Shown: positions 49,535 through 60,959 of the stretch, piece after piece | Position numbering within the stretch: position 1 is the stretch's first letter | Layout: each line of letters begins with the position of its first letter | NCBI GenBank assembly: GCA_963666565.1 | Contig: OY762911.1 | Span: forward strand, 3,520,001 to 3,584,000 | DNA length: 64,000 bases | DNA from: Thermoanaerobaculia bacterium | GTDB lineage: Bacteria; Acidobacteriota; Thermoanaerobaculia; Multivoradales; Multivoraceae | Reading direction: 5' to 3' | Notes under the pieces: generated by a model | The model's database searches: none | What the model was told of the DNA's origin: nothing | What the model saw: the letters and a program-made list of their open reading frames with translations, nothing else | Position numbers and translations under genes: made by a program

Positions 49535-52500
49535 ATGCTCAAACTGGAAAGCCTCGAAGTCAACGGCTTCAAGACCTTCGTCGACCCGGTGACGAGCCGG
49601 TTCGCGCCCGGCATCACCGCGATCGTCGGGCCGAACGGCTGCGGCAAGAGCAACCTGGCCGAGGCGATCACCTGGGTGCTCGGCGAACAGAGCGCCAAGT
49701 CCCTCCGCGGCAGTTCCATGGAGGAGGTCATATTCAACGGGAGCGGCCAGCGCAAGCCCCTGGGGATGGCCGAGGTGAGCCTCACCTTCCTCACCGACGG
49801 CAGCGTCGAGCACGCGGAGGACGGCCGCGTGACGATCGGGCGGCGAATCTTCCGCGGCGGCGAGGGCCAGTACCGCCTGAACGACCGGGTGGCCCGGCTC
49901 AAGGACGTGCGCGACCTCCTGATGGACACGGGCCTGGGCTTCCGCGCCTACTCCGTCATCGAGCAGGGCCGGATCGGGATGATCCTCTCCGGCAGGCCCC
50001 AGGAACGCCGGAAGCTGCTGGAGGAAGCGGCCGGCATCACCCGCTACAAGAACCGCAAGCGGCTCGCCAGCCTGAAGCTCGAGGATGCCACCGCCGATCT
50101 GCTCCGGCTCGACGACATCGTCGCCGAGGTCGAGCGCCGCCTGCGCTCTCTCAAGCGGCAGGCGAACGCCGCCCGGCGGCACCGCGAACGCAGGGGCGCC
50201 TACCGCGAACTGCTGGACGCCGTGCTCCGCGTCCGCTGGGCGAAGCGCCGGGGCGAGCTGGAGGAACTCGCGTCGGCTCTGGCGAGCGAGGCCGACCGGG
50301 AGGCCGGGATCCTGGGCGAGATCGCCCGCGCCAACGAGGAACTCGCCGAGTGCCGCCAGGCCATCGACGCGCGCACCGGAGAGGCGGTGCGCTCGCACGA
50401 GCGGCAGGCCACCCTGCTGGCTACGATCGAGGGACGCCAGGAGCTGATCAAGGGCGCCCGCGCCACGCGGGCCGAAATCGCCGAACGGCTCGCCGCCGGC
50501 GCCCGCGGCGCCGAGGCGAGCCGCCGCGAGCTGTCCTCGGCCGAGGAGTCGCTCGCCGTCCTCGCCGGCCGCCGCCAGATGTTCCTCTCGAAGCGCGAAG
50601 CGGCGCTGGCAAGCGTCCGGGAGGACCGGCAGCGGATCGACGAGGCCGACGCCGCGATCGAGCGGGCCCGGAAGCGCCACCGGGACCTGCTGGAGGAACA
50701 GGCGGCGTCGCGGGCGGAGATCGACGAGTTGCGCCGCCGCCTGGTCTCCGAGCGGATCGACGCCGAGAAGGCCGTCGACCGCCGCGACCGCGCCGAAGAG
50801 ACGCTGGAGCTTCGCCGCAAGGCGCTCCGCGCGATCGACATCGAGGACCGGGCCGCCGCCGCCAAGGTGGAGGACCTGGAGGCCGCCCTGGCGACCGAAA
50901 CCCGCGCCGCGGAGAGAACGGCAGCGGACCTCGACACGAGCAGGAACCGGCGGCAGGCGGCACAGGCCGAACTCGAAACCCGCCGCGACGAACTGGTCGA
51001 AGCCCAGAAACGGGCCGCCGTCCTGCGGGAACTCGCCCAGCGGGACGAGGAGCTGCGAGCCGGGATCCGGGCGGCGCTGCTCGAGCTGGGCCTTTCCGAG
51101 CCCCGCTTCCTCGGCGACGAGGCCGACGTGCCGGCCGGCTGGGAAGACAGCCTGGATCTCTTCCTCGGGCCGGGCCGCAACGCGATCCTGCTCCCCGGCG
51201 ACGAGGACGCGGCCGCCATCGCCCGCGCGCTCGGCGGCTTCGACCGCCAGGTCACGCTCCTGCGGCCGGCCGACGCCCCGGCGCCGCGGCCGGAACTGGA
51301 CGACCCGGCGATCGTCGGCGACGTGTCGGCCGCGCTGGGCCTGCCGCCGGAACTCCGCGGCGCGCTGCCCCCCGGCTACCTCGTCTCCGGCCTGGATGCG
51401 GCCGAACGGCTGGCGGCAGCCAACCCCGGCGTCGCCTTCCTCTGCCGGGACCGGCTCTGGATCGAGGCCGGCCGCGTCACCGTGCGCGGCGAGGGCGCGG
51501 CGCCGGGCGCGCTGGGCCGCCAGCGGGAACTCGACGGCCTCGGCGCGCATATCGACGAACTCGAAGAGCGCACCGCGACCCTGGGCCGGGAGATCGAGGC
51601 CGCCTCCGGCAGCGTCCGCGACGCCGAAGCCGCGGGACAGCGGATCGAGCGGACCGCGGCCGAGTTGCGCGAACGGCTTGCGGTCGCCAGGTCCCGGCGC
51701 CAGGACATCGCCGAGCGGCGCGCCGCGCAGGCGCGCGAAAGCGCCGCGGCCGAGGCCGAACGCGACGAACTGAGCCGCGAGATCGCCGAGACGGAGAGCC
51801 GGCAGGCGGGGATCCGGACCGACATCGAGGCCCGGGAGACGGTTCACCGCAGCCTGGAGCGGGCGGTCGAGGAAGGGGCCGCCGCAGTCGAGCGGGCCCG
51901 CGAGGAACGCGAGGAGCACGTCACCGCGGGCGCCGGCCGCCAGGGCCAGCTCGAGCTGATCGAGGAGCGCTCCACGACCGAGCGGAACGAGAGCGAGAGG
52001 CTGGAGCAACGCATCGCCAGCCTGCGCGAGGCGGACGAGGAGTGGCTGGCGGAGCAGGAGCGCCTGCGCGGGCGCCTGGTCGAACTGGAGGACGCATCGA
52101 ACCGGGCGCAACGGGAACTCGACGCCGCCGTCGCCGAGCGAACGAGCGCCGGAGACCGGGCGGCCCGCGCTCAGGCGGCCCTCGACGAGGAGCGGGAGCG
52201 CGGCCGCGAGCTGGAGGCCCGGGTGGGCGACCTCGGCGTCCGGCGCGACGAAGTGCGCGACCGGATCGAGGAGCTGCGAGTGCGCCAGGCCGCCCTGCGC
52301 CAGGACGCGGAGCACCTGGAACGGGACTACCGCGAGGAGTTCGGCCGCGAGGTGGCCGCGGCGGAACCGCCGGCGGCCGAAGACGGACCGGCCCCCGACC
52401 TCGAGGCGATGACCGAGGAGCTCGAACGCCGGCGCAGCCTGCTGGAGCGGATGGGGCCGGTCAACGTCCTCGCGGCGGACGAGTACGACGAACAGCAGGA

Positions 52501-53077
52501 ACGCCACGAGTTCCTGACCGGGCAGCGCGCCGACGTAGCGGCGTCGGTCGAGGGCCTGAAGCGCACGATCCGCGACATCGACCGGACCTCGTCGGAGCGC
52601 TTCGTCGCCGCCTTCCGCGAAGTGAACGAGAACTTCGGCCGCACCTTCACCGAGCTCTTCCGCGGCGGCGACGCGGAGATGCGGCTGATGGACGAGGACG
52701 ACCCGCTCGACTGCGGCATCGAGATCAACGCCCGGCCCCCCGGCAAGCGCGCCCAGAACATCATGCTGCTCTCGGGCGGCGAGAAGGCGCTGGCGGCGAT
52801 CGCCCTGCTCTTCGCCCTCTTCCAGACCAAGCCCTCGCCGTTCTGCATCCTCGACGAGGTCGACGCCCCGCTCGACGACGCGAACATCCTGCGCTTCGTC
52901 GACATGCTGCAGCGGATGTCGGCCGAGACCCAGTTCCTCGTCATCACCCACAACAAGCTGACGATGCAAGCGGCGAGCACCCTCTACGGGGTGACGATGG
53001 AGGAACGCGGCGTCTCGAAGATCGTCGGCGTCGACGTCGACGAGATGCACCCCGAGCGGCAACTGGCGACCGCCTGA
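49535..53077 (+). CDS. smc: Chromosome segregation protein SMC
   Basis: NGFKTF; GPNGCGKSN Walker A; long coiled coils; LLSGGEKA signature; ILDEVDAPLD Walker B; ITHN. Confidence 0.95.
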   Translation: MLKLESLEVNGFKTFVDPVTSRFAPGITAIVGPNGCGKSNLAEAITWVLGEQSAKSLRGSSMEEVIFNGSGQRKPLGMAEVSLTFLTDGSVEHAEDGRVTIGRRIFRGGEGQYRLNDRVARLKDVRDLLMDTGLGFRAYSVIEQGRIGMILSGRPQERRKLLEEAAGITRYKNRKRLASLKLEDATADLLRLDDIVAEVERRLRSLKRQANAARRHRERRGAYRELLDAVLRVRWAKRRGELEELASALASEADREAGILGEIARANEELAECRQAIDARTGEAVRSHERQATLLATIEGRQELIKGARATRAEIAERLAAGARGAEASRRELSSAEESLAVLAGRRQMFLSKREAALASVREDRQRIDEADAAIERARKRHRDLLEEQAASRAEIDELRRRLVSERIDAEKAVDRRDRAEETLELRRKALRAIDIEDRAAAAKVEDLEAALATETRAAERTAADLDTSRNRRQAAQAELETRRDELVEAQKRAAVLRELAQRDEELRAGIRAALLELGLSEPRFLGDEADVPAGWEDSLDLFLGPGRNAILLPGDEDAAAIARALGGFDRQVTLLRPADAPAPRPELDDPAIVGDVSAALGLPPELRGALPPGYLVSGLDAAERLAAANPGVAFLCRDRLWIEAGRVTVRGEGAAPGALGRQRELDGLGAHIDELEERTATLGREIEAASGSVRDAEAAGQRIERTAAELRERLAVARSRRQDIAERRAAQARESAAAEAERDELSREIAETESRQAGIRTDIEARETVHRSLERAVEEGAAAVERAREEREEHVTAGAGRQGQLELIEERSTTERNESERLEQRIASLREADEEWLAEQERLRGRLVELEDASNRAQRELDAAVAERTSAGDRAARAQAALDEERERGRELEARVGDLGVRRDEVRDRIEELRVRQAALRQDAEHLERDYREEFGREVAAAEPPAAEDGPAPDLEAMTEELERRRSLLERMGPVNVLAADEYDEQQERHEFLTGQRADVAASVEGLKRTIRDIDRTSSERFVAAFREVNENFGRTFTELFRGGDAEMRLMDEDDPLDCGIEINARPPGKRAQNIMLLSGGEKALAAIALLFALFQTKPSPFCILDEVDAPLDDANILRFVDMLQRMSAETQFLVITHNKLTMQAASTLYGVTMEERGVSKIVGVDVDEMHPERQLATA

Positions 53078-53109
53078 ACCCACCGGGCGCGACGCCCCTC
53101 CGACCCGCA

Positions 53110-53135
53110 CTGGGTGCGCGGGTCTTCCGACCCGC
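53110..53135 (+). repeat. REP copy
   Basis: CTGGGTGCGCGGGTCTTCCGACCCGC, downstream of smc. Confidence 0.8.
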
Positions 53136-53178
53136 TTCCGCCGCGGGCCGCCCGGGCCCGCGCTGGTACGCTCCCGCC

Positions 53179-54486
<1,308 letters not shown>

Positions 54487-54501
54487 CCCGCCGGGTGCGC
54501 C

Positions 54502-54640
54502 GGGTGCGCGGGTCTTCCGACCCGCTGCCGCCGCAGGCGGCTTGGGAACATCGTCGCCGGCCAAAGGCCGGCGGCTCTGCCCGTAGGGCTTGCACCGCTC
54601 CGCGGCGCCGCCCTGGGCGGGTCGGAAGACCCGCGCACCC
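54502..54640. repeat. Inverted REP pair (REPIN-like)
   Basis: GGGTGCGCGGGTCTTCCGACCCGC at 54502-54525 and its reverse complement at 54617-54640, between convergent genes. Confidence 0.85.
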
Positions 54641-54651
54641 GGCGAGCGGAG

Positions 54652-55044
54652 CTAGTCCGGCGCCGCCGAGAGCCGGCGCGCCGCCACCAGACAGCCGCCG
54701 GCGATCAGCAACCCCAGCAGTTCCCGGCTGTCCTCGATGTAGGACCGCTCGGCCGACATCGGCGCCCACAGGTCGCTGGCCGGGCGATTCAGGACCCAGT
54801 CGACGAAGCCCGGCAGGGTCGCTACGGCCCCCGCGACGGTGACCGCCGCCAGAGCCAGGAAGGCGGCGCGGGGCAGCGGCCGGTAGCCGGCGACCGTGCA
54901 GGCGGCGGCCACCGCGGCGTAGTAGGTCACCCAGATCAGCGGATCCGGGTCGTTGAGCTGCAGCATGGCGAACGCCAGCATCGCCAGGCCGAGCAGCAGG
55001 GGCGGGAACCGGGGACCCGCGCGACGCCGTGAAGAGGACCGCAT
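54652..55044 (-). CDS. Transmembrane 220 family protein
   Basis: LQLNDPDPLIW..Y and IEDSRELLGL motifs. Confidence 0.8.
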   Translation of the reverse strand: MRSSSRRRAGPRFPPLLLGLAMLAFAMLQLNDPDPLIWVTYYAAVAAACTVAGYRPLPRAAFLALAAVTVAGAVATLPGFVDWVLNRPASDLWAPMSAERSYIEDSRELLGLLIAGGCLVAARRLSAAPD

Positions 55045-55107
55045 CGCGCCGAGGTTAGCGCCGGCGGCCCGCGGGCGGAGACGGTCGTTCCGTTCGTCAG
55101 GTTCATC

Positions 55108-55146
55108 TTGTTCAGTCTTGACAAAACAAACCGGATGTTCCAACAT
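55108..55146 (+). promoter_or_regulatory. Sigma70 promoter with an overlapping imperfect palindrome (operator candidate)
   Basis: TTGACA (55118-55123), 17 bp, then CAACAT (55141-55146). Imperfect inverted repeat TTGTTCAGTCTTGACAAAACAA at 55108-55129. Confidence 0.6.
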
Positions 55147-55155
55147 CTCCGACCG

Positions 55156-55698
55156 ATGACCGTCTCCGAACCGACTCCCGCCCCGGAACGAGCCGCCGGG
55201 CCCTCCGCACCGCCCGATCTCGGCGTTCGCGCCGCGGAAGAGCGCTTCATCGAAGCGATGGGGCTCGCGCACGAGGAAGACCGCCTGCCCCGGATCGCGG
55301 GCCGCCTGGTCGGCCTCCTCATCCTCTCGCCGGAACCCGTCCGCTTCGACCTGCTGGCCGAGCGCCTGCGCGTCAGCCGCGCCAGCATCAGCACGAACAC
55401 CCGCCTGCTGGAGAACATGGGCGTCATCCACCGCGTGACCCGGCCGGGCGACCGCCGCGACTACTTCCGGATCAACGAGGAACCGGGCCTGCTGCTGCGA
55501 ATCGCCGACCGCTACCGCGCCCGCCAGGCCGACGCGGAGGAGATGAAGCAGGCGCTCCTGGCGAAGGCTGGAAGCGCGGTCGTCGTCGAGCGCCTGGAGG
55601 GGCTCGTCCGCTTCTACTCCGCCCTCGCCGACAGCCTCCACCGCATGCTCGCCGCGATGGACGGCGGCAGGGACGCCTCCCGCTCCGGCGCGACGTAG
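55156..55698 (+). CDS. GbsR/MarR family transcriptional regulator
   Basis: FIEAMG, LPRIAGRL, LRVSRASISTNTRLL, PGDRRDYF. Confidence 0.85.
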   Translation: MTVSEPTPAPERAAGPSAPPDLGVRAAEERFIEAMGLAHEEDRLPRIAGRLVGLLILSPEPVRFDLLAERLRVSRASISTNTRLLENMGVIHRVTRPGDRRDYFRINEEPGLLLRIADRYRARQADAEEMKQALLAKAGSAVVVERLEGLVRFYSALADSLHRMLAAMDGGRDASRSGAT

Positions 55699-55753
55699 AC
55701 GACGTAGCCGGCGCGAACCGCGGAACCGACGAACCGAAGAGAGCGACGAACTC

Positions 55754-57118
55754 ATGGCCACAACTCAGCAACCCACCGGAGAAGCAGCCGCCCGGGCGGC
55801 CGCTTCGCCCCGCGCGACGCCGCATGCCCACGGCGGCGGCAGCTTCGACCCGGGCCACCCGCACGCGCACGCCCATATCCACGCCGCGGCCAGGCGCCCC
55901 CGCCGGATCAGCGGCCCGCAGATCGCGGGTCTCGCGGTCGCGGGGCTCGTGCTGGTGACGGCCGTGCTCGCCTTCGGCCTCTGGCCCCAGGGGCGGGCCG
56001 GCGCCGCCGCGGGCGATCCCGCGATGTCGCAGGCGGTGCCGGTGCGCGCCGTCGCCGCCCGGCGCGGACACCTCTCCGTGCGCACGGCCTACTCCGGCGA
56101 ACTCGTCGGCGAGGTCTCCGACATCGCGCCCCAGGTCTCGGGGCTCCTGACCGACGTGCCGGCGCGAATCGGCCAACGCGTCGCCGCCGGCACGGTGCTC
56201 GCCGTCATCGCCGACATCGAGGTGAGGAACCAGTTGCAGGAGGCGCGCGGCCAGCTCGGCGTCGCCGAGGCGAACCGCGACCGCGCCGCCGCCGAACTCG
56301 CCGGCGTCGAGGCGGACTACCAGCGGGCGATGGAGCTCTACGGCCAGGGCCTGCTCTCCGAGCAGGAGCAGCAGCAGGTCAGTTCCCAGTACGCGACGAC
56401 GAAGGCGAACCTGGCCGCCGGCGACGCCCAGGTCCAGCAGTCCGCCGCCCGCGAGGCGCTGCTCGCCGAGCAGTTCGCGAACACCCGGGTGCGGGCGCCG
56501 TTCGACGCCGTCGTCTCCGACCGCTATCTCGACCGCGGCGCCCTGGTCCAGCCGGGTACGCCGATCCTCCGCCTCGTCGAGGAAGCGCCGCTCCTGGTCC
56601 AGTTCCGGGTCCCGGAACGCGATCTCGCCGCGGTCCAGACCGGCGCCGCCTTCAGCGTGGCCACCGAGGCCACCGGCGAGCGGACCTTCTCCGGCATCGT
56701 GCGCCGCGTCGCCGGCGAGGTCCGGCGCAACGACCGCACCGTGCTCGTCGAGGGCGAGCTCGCCGAGACGGCCGATCTGCTCCTGCCCGGCATGTACGCC
56801 GACGTCTCCGTCAGCCTGCGCGACCTGGACGACGCCCTGATCGTGCCGGGCGCCGCCCTGCTGGAACGGGTGGCCATGGACGGCGAACGGTCCACGGGCG
56901 TCATGGTGCCGGTCGACGGCCTCGCCCAGTGGCGCGCCGTCACCGTCGCCGGCCGCTCCGGCGAGTACAGCGCGATCGCCGGACCGATCGAGGCGGGCGA
57001 ACTCGTGCTGACGATGGGCCACAACCAGCTCGGACACGGCGCTCCGGTGCGGGTCGTGCGCAACGAACCCCAACCGTCGGAAACACAGCCCTCCCCCGCC
57101 GGCGCCGCCGGCTTCTGA
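55754..57118 (+). CDS. RND efflux periplasmic adaptor (membrane fusion protein) with a His-rich N-terminus
   Basis: PQVSG, IGQRV, alpha-hairpin, VRAPFDAVV, LLPGMYA. Confidence 0.88.
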   Translation: MATTQQPTGEAAARAAASPRATPHAHGGGSFDPGHPHAHAHIHAAARRPRRISGPQIAGLAVAGLVLVTAVLAFGLWPQGRAGAAAGDPAMSQAVPVRAVAARRGHLSVRTAYSGELVGEVSDIAPQVSGLLTDVPARIGQRVAAGTVLAVIADIEVRNQLQEARGQLGVAEANRDRAAAELAGVEADYQRAMELYGQGLLSEQEQQQVSSQYATTKANLAAGDAQVQQSAAREALLAEQFANTRVRAPFDAVVSDRYLDRGALVQPGTPILRLVEEAPLLVQFRVPERDLAAVQTGAAFSVATEATGERTFSGIVRRVAGEVRRNDRTVLVEGELAETADLLLPGMYADVSVSLRDLDDALIVPGAALLERVAMDGERSTGVMVPVDGLAQWRAVTVAGRSGEYSAIAGPIEAGELVLTMGHNQLGHGAPVRVVRNEPQPSETQPSPAGAAGF

Positions 57119-57126
57119 GGCCCGCC

Positions 57127-60100
57127 ATGAACCTCCCCCGCCTCTCGGCCAACCGCCCGGTCGGCGTGACGATGCTCTACGTGTGCGTCGTCGTGCTCGG
57201 CCTCGTCGCCGTCCGCCAGCTCGCCGTCGACCTGATGCCCGAGGTCGACATGCCCCGCATCTCCATCACCACGACCTACGAAGGCGTGGCGCCGGAGGAG
57301 ATGGAGAGCCTGATCACCCGCCCGGTCGAGCAGGCCCTGTCGACCGTCACCGGCCTCGACCAGTTGAACTCGATGTCGGCCGAGGGCATGAGCAGCATCC
57401 AGGCCCAGTTCGACTGGGGCGTCGACCTGAACGAAGTGGTGAACGACATCCGCGAGCAGCTCGACTTCGTGCGCGGCATGCTGCCGGAGGACGCCTCGGA
57501 ACCGACCCTGTTCAAGTTCAACCTCTCCGACATGCCGGTCGTCTTCCTCGGCCTCTCCGGCCAGGGCGACGCGCGCCAGGTACGCCACCTGGCCGAACAG
57601 ACGATCAGCCGGCGGCTGGAACGCCTCCCCGGCGTCGCCTCCGTGGAAGTCCAGGGCGGCCGGGTGCGGGAGATCCAGGTCCAGCTCGCCGCCGACCGGA
57701 TGGCGGCGCTCGGCGTTACCCCCGGCGAAGTCACCCTGGCCCTGTCCCGCGAGAACCGCAACGTCTCGGCGGGCGACATGCTGGAGACGGGCCGCGAGGT
57801 ACTGATCCGCGCCATCGGCGAGTTCGAGCGCAAGATCGACGTCGAGAACACGATCGTCGCCGTCCGCGACGGCCGGCCGATCCTGGTGCGCGACGTGGCG
57901 CGGGTCGACGACGGCATCCGCGAACTGACGAACGAGCTGTGGATCAACGGCACGCCGGGCATGCGGATGTACGTGATGAAGCAGTCCGGCTCGAACACGG
58001 TCGAGGTCGTGGACCGGCTGAAGCGCGAGATCGACGCGATCAACCGCGACTACGCCGGCCGCGCCGAGATCGCCATCCTCATGGACGGCGCGGAGTTCAT
58101 TCGCCAGGCGGTGAACAACGTCCAGATGGGGGCGCTGTTCGGCGCCGTGCTGGCCGTGCTCGTACTCATGTTCTTCCTGCGCGACATGCGGGCGACCCTG
58201 ATCGTGGGCGCCGCGATTCCGATCTCGGTGCTGGCGACGATCGCCCTGATGTACTTCAACGGCTTCACGCTGAACGTGATCTCCCTGGCCGGCATCGCGC
58301 TCGGCGTCGGCATGCTGGTGGACGGCTCGATCGTGGTTCTCGAGAGCATCTATCGCCGGCTGCACGAGGGCGAACGGCCCACCGCCGCCGCCATCGCCGG
58401 CAGCAACGAGGTGGCGATGGCGATCGCCGCCGGCACCCTGACCACGGTGGCCGTCTTCCTGCCGGTGGTCTTCATCTCCGGGTTCGCCGGCATCTTCTTC
58501 AACCAGTTGGCGGTCACGGTCAGCTTCGCTCTGCTCTGCGCCCTGTTCGTCGCCCTCACGCTCATTCCGGCCGCCGCCGCCCGCTGGCTGCGCGAGGTGC
58601 CAAAGAGCCGCCAGGTCGACGACGAGTGCGTCGCCGCTCTCGGGCCGGTCGACATGGCCTACGGCCGGACGATCGAGTGGGCTCTCGGCAGGCCCGGCAC
58701 GGTGATGGCCACGGCCGTCGTCCTCCTGCTCGGTTCCTTCGCCCTGGTGCCCGTCATCGGCCTCGAACTGATGCCCGAGAGCGACGAGGGCCGGCTCAAC
58801 ATGCAGGTGGAGATGCCCGTGGGCGCTCCGCTCGAGACGACCACCGGCACGATGGAGGAGATCGAGGCCCGGGTCCGCGGCGCTCTCCGTCCCGGCGAAC
58901 TCGACAGCCTGATCACGACCGCCGGTCCCGAGAGCTGGTGGCGGCCCGCTCAATCCAACCAGGGGACCATGGAGATCCTGCTCACTCCGCTGACCGAACG
59001 GAGTCGCGGCCAGGAAGAGATCCTCGCGTCGATCCGCCACGCCATCGCCGACGTGCCGGCGGCCCAGATGCAGCTCTACGCCTCGTCCAGCAACATGATG
59101 ATGCGCATGATGCGCGGCGGACAGGACGCCCGCCTGGTGGTCGAGATCCGCGGCCACGACCTCGACCAGGGCGACGAACTCGCCCGGCGCGTGATCGACG
59201 CGATGGCCGCGATCCCCGGGGTCGTCCACCCCCGGCTCGACCGCGAATCCGGCCAGCTCGAGCGGACCCTGCGGGTCGATCGGGCGCGGCTGGCCGAACT
59301 GGGTCTCAACGGCAGCCAGGTCGCCGACGCCGTCGAGCACTACATCCTCGGCCGGGTGGCCACGAAGTTCCGCGACCAGGGCGACGAGTTCGACATCCGG
59401 GTCCAGCTCCGGCCCGAGGACCGGCTGCGGCTCGAGCAGTTGCCGCAACTGCCCATCGTCACGCCGCGCGGCGACATCGTGCCGCTGGGTTCGATCGCCA
59501 CGATCGACCCGGGCGAGGGGCCCCTGTCCATCAACCGGGAGAACCAGGAGCGCTACATGCAGGTTCTCGCCGGCATCGACGGCGTCCGGTTCAGCGACGC
59601 CGCGAGCGCCGTGGAGGCGGCCCTGGCGCGGGTCGAGACCCCCTACGGCTTCACCGTCGAGATGGGCGGCGAGCTGGAAGAGCAGCGCCAGGTCTTCGTG
59701 GAACTGCTGATCGGCGTGCTGCTCGCGGTGTTCCTCGTCTACACGGTGATGGCGGTCCAGTTCGAGTCCCTGGTGCAACCGCTCGTCATCATGACCGCGG
59801 TGCCGTTCTCGCTGCTCGGCGTGCTGCTGACCCTGGCGGTCACCGGCACGACCCTGAACATGAACTCCTTCCTCGGCCTGGTGGTTCTCGTCGGCATCGT
59901 GGTCAACAACGCGATCGTCCTGGTGGACAACGTGAACCGCATGCGCCGGGACGTCGGCTGCACCCTCCACGAGGCGCTGATCCGCGGCGGCCGGCGCCGC
60001 CTGCGGCCGATCCTGATGACGACGCTGACCACCGCGCTCGGCCTGCTGCCGCTGACGCTCGGCATCGGCGAGGGCGCGGAGTTGCAGGCGCCGCTGGCCC

Positions 60101-60291
60101 GGGTCGTCGTCGGCGGCCTGCTCGCCTCCACGCTGATCACGCTGATCTTCGTGCCCTCGCTGTACCTCCTGGTCGAGCGCGGCCGGGAACGGCGGCGGGC
60201 CATCCGCGGCCGCCGCAAGGCGGCCCTCAAAGCCGGCATGCATCTCCCGCAGGGCGCGCCGGCGATGCAGCGCTCCCGCGTCCAGGTCTGA
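57127..60291 (+). CDS. RND efflux permease (AcrB/AcrD/AcrF family)
   Basis: LMPEVDMP, APEEMESLITRPVE, GMLVDGSIVV, GIVVNNAI, RLRPILMTTLTT. Confidence 0.93.
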   Translation: MNLPRLSANRPVGVTMLYVCVVVLGLVAVRQLAVDLMPEVDMPRISITTTYEGVAPEEMESLITRPVEQALSTVTGLDQLNSMSAEGMSSIQAQFDWGVDLNEVVNDIREQLDFVRGMLPEDASEPTLFKFNLSDMPVVFLGLSGQGDARQVRHLAEQTISRRLERLPGVASVEVQGGRVREIQVQLAADRMAALGVTPGEVTLALSRENRNVSAGDMLETGREVLIRAIGEFERKIDVENTIVAVRDGRPILVRDVARVDDGIRELTNELWINGTPGMRMYVMKQSGSNTVEVVDRLKREIDAINRDYAGRAEIAILMDGAEFIRQAVNNVQMGALFGAVLAVLVLMFFLRDMRATLIVGAAIPISVLATIALMYFNGFTLNVISLAGIALGVGMLVDGSIVVLESIYRRLHEGERPTAAAIAGSNEVAMAIAAGTLTTVAVFLPVVFISGFAGIFFNQLAVTVSFALLCALFVALTLIPAAAARWLREVPKSRQVDDECVAALGPVDMAYGRTIEWALGRPGTVMATAVVLLLGSFALVPVIGLELMPESDEGRLNMQVEMPVGAPLETTTGTMEEIEARVRGALRPGELDSLITTAGPESWWRPAQSNQGTMEILLTPLTERSRGQEEILASIRHAIADVPAAQMQLYASSSNMMMRMMRGGQDARLVVEIRGHDLDQGDELARRVIDAMAAIPGVVHPRLDRESGQLERTLRVDRARLAELGLNGSQVADAVEHYILGRVATKFRDQGDEFDIRVQLRPEDRLRLEQLPQLPIVTPRGDIVPLGSIATIDPGEGPLSINRENQERYMQVLAGIDGVRFSDAASAVEAALARVETPYGFTVEMGGELEEQRQVFVELLIGVLLAVFLVYTVMAVQFESLVQPLVIMTAVPFSLLGVLLTLAVTGTTLNMNSFLGLVVLVGIVVNNAIVLVDNVNRMRRDVGCTLHEALIRGGRRRLRPILMTTLTTALGLLPLTLGIGEGAELQAPLARVVVGGLLASTLITLIFVPSLYLLVERGRERRRAIRGRRKAALKAGMHLPQGAPAMQRSRVQV

Positions 60292-60434
60292 GGGAAGCGC
60301 CGGCCTGACGGCCGGCGGGTCTTTCCGCGCCTTCGGCGGCAGCCGGCCGAAGGGCCGGCGGACCGACACGCGGCCCGTTCCCTGCGGGACAGCGCGGCCC
60401 CACGGCTGCGAACGCTGCTAGTCTGGACCGCGAC

Positions 60435-60959
60435 ATGACCGTTCGCGCGGCGCCCGCTGGCCAGCCCACCAACAGGCAACGGCGCCGGTTTCTCGCCTGG
60501 GCCTCGCGCGCCGCGATGGCGGCCGGTCTGCTGGGAGGCTACGGCGCCTTCGGCGCGATCCTGGGCCGCTTCCTCTACCCCGCCGGACGATCCGGCCTCG
60601 TCTGGCAGTTCGTCGCGCCGGCGGACCGCCTCGCCGTCGGCGACAGTCTCGCCTACACGACTCCGGCCGGCGCGGTGGTTCACGTCGTCCGCCGAGCCGG
60701 CGCCGGCCGGAGCGACGACTTCACCGCGCTGTCCAGCGTCTGCCCCCACCTCGGCTGCAACGTCCAATGGCAGCCGCGGGAGAACCGCTACTTCTGCCCG
60801 TGCCACAACGGCGCGTTCGACGCCGACGGCCAGGGCATCGCGGGACCGCCGGGCGACGAGCGCATGGCGCTGTCGAGCTATCCGCTGGAGGTGAGGAAGG
60901 GGATGCTCTTCATCCAGGTCGAGGCGGCGAGGCTCGTGAACCCGGACCGCCGCTCGTGA
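60435..60959 (+). CDS. Rieske 2Fe-2S protein (Tat-anchored)
   Basis: RRRFL; CPHLGC; CPCHNG. Confidence 0.92.
   Translation: MTVRAAPAGQPTNRQRRRFLAWASRAAMAAGLLGGYGAFGAILGRFLYPAGRSGLVWQFVAPADRLAVGDSLAYTTPAGAVVHVVRRAGAGRSDDFTALSSVCPHLGCNVQWQPRENRYFCPCHNGAFDADGQGIAGPPGDERMALSSYPLEVRKGMLFIQVEAARLVNPDRRS

Noticed and set aside
49392-49535. PyrR-binding attenuator upstream of pyrR-pyrB-pyrC
   Set aside because: No recognisable PyrR binding loop or U-tailed terminator is present, and the leader appears very short.
51080-51500. Divergent SMC hinge lacking a clear glycine-rich dimerisation motif
   Set aside because: Head motifs and length are canonical. Hinge divergence cannot be judged without an alignment and is probably lineage drift.
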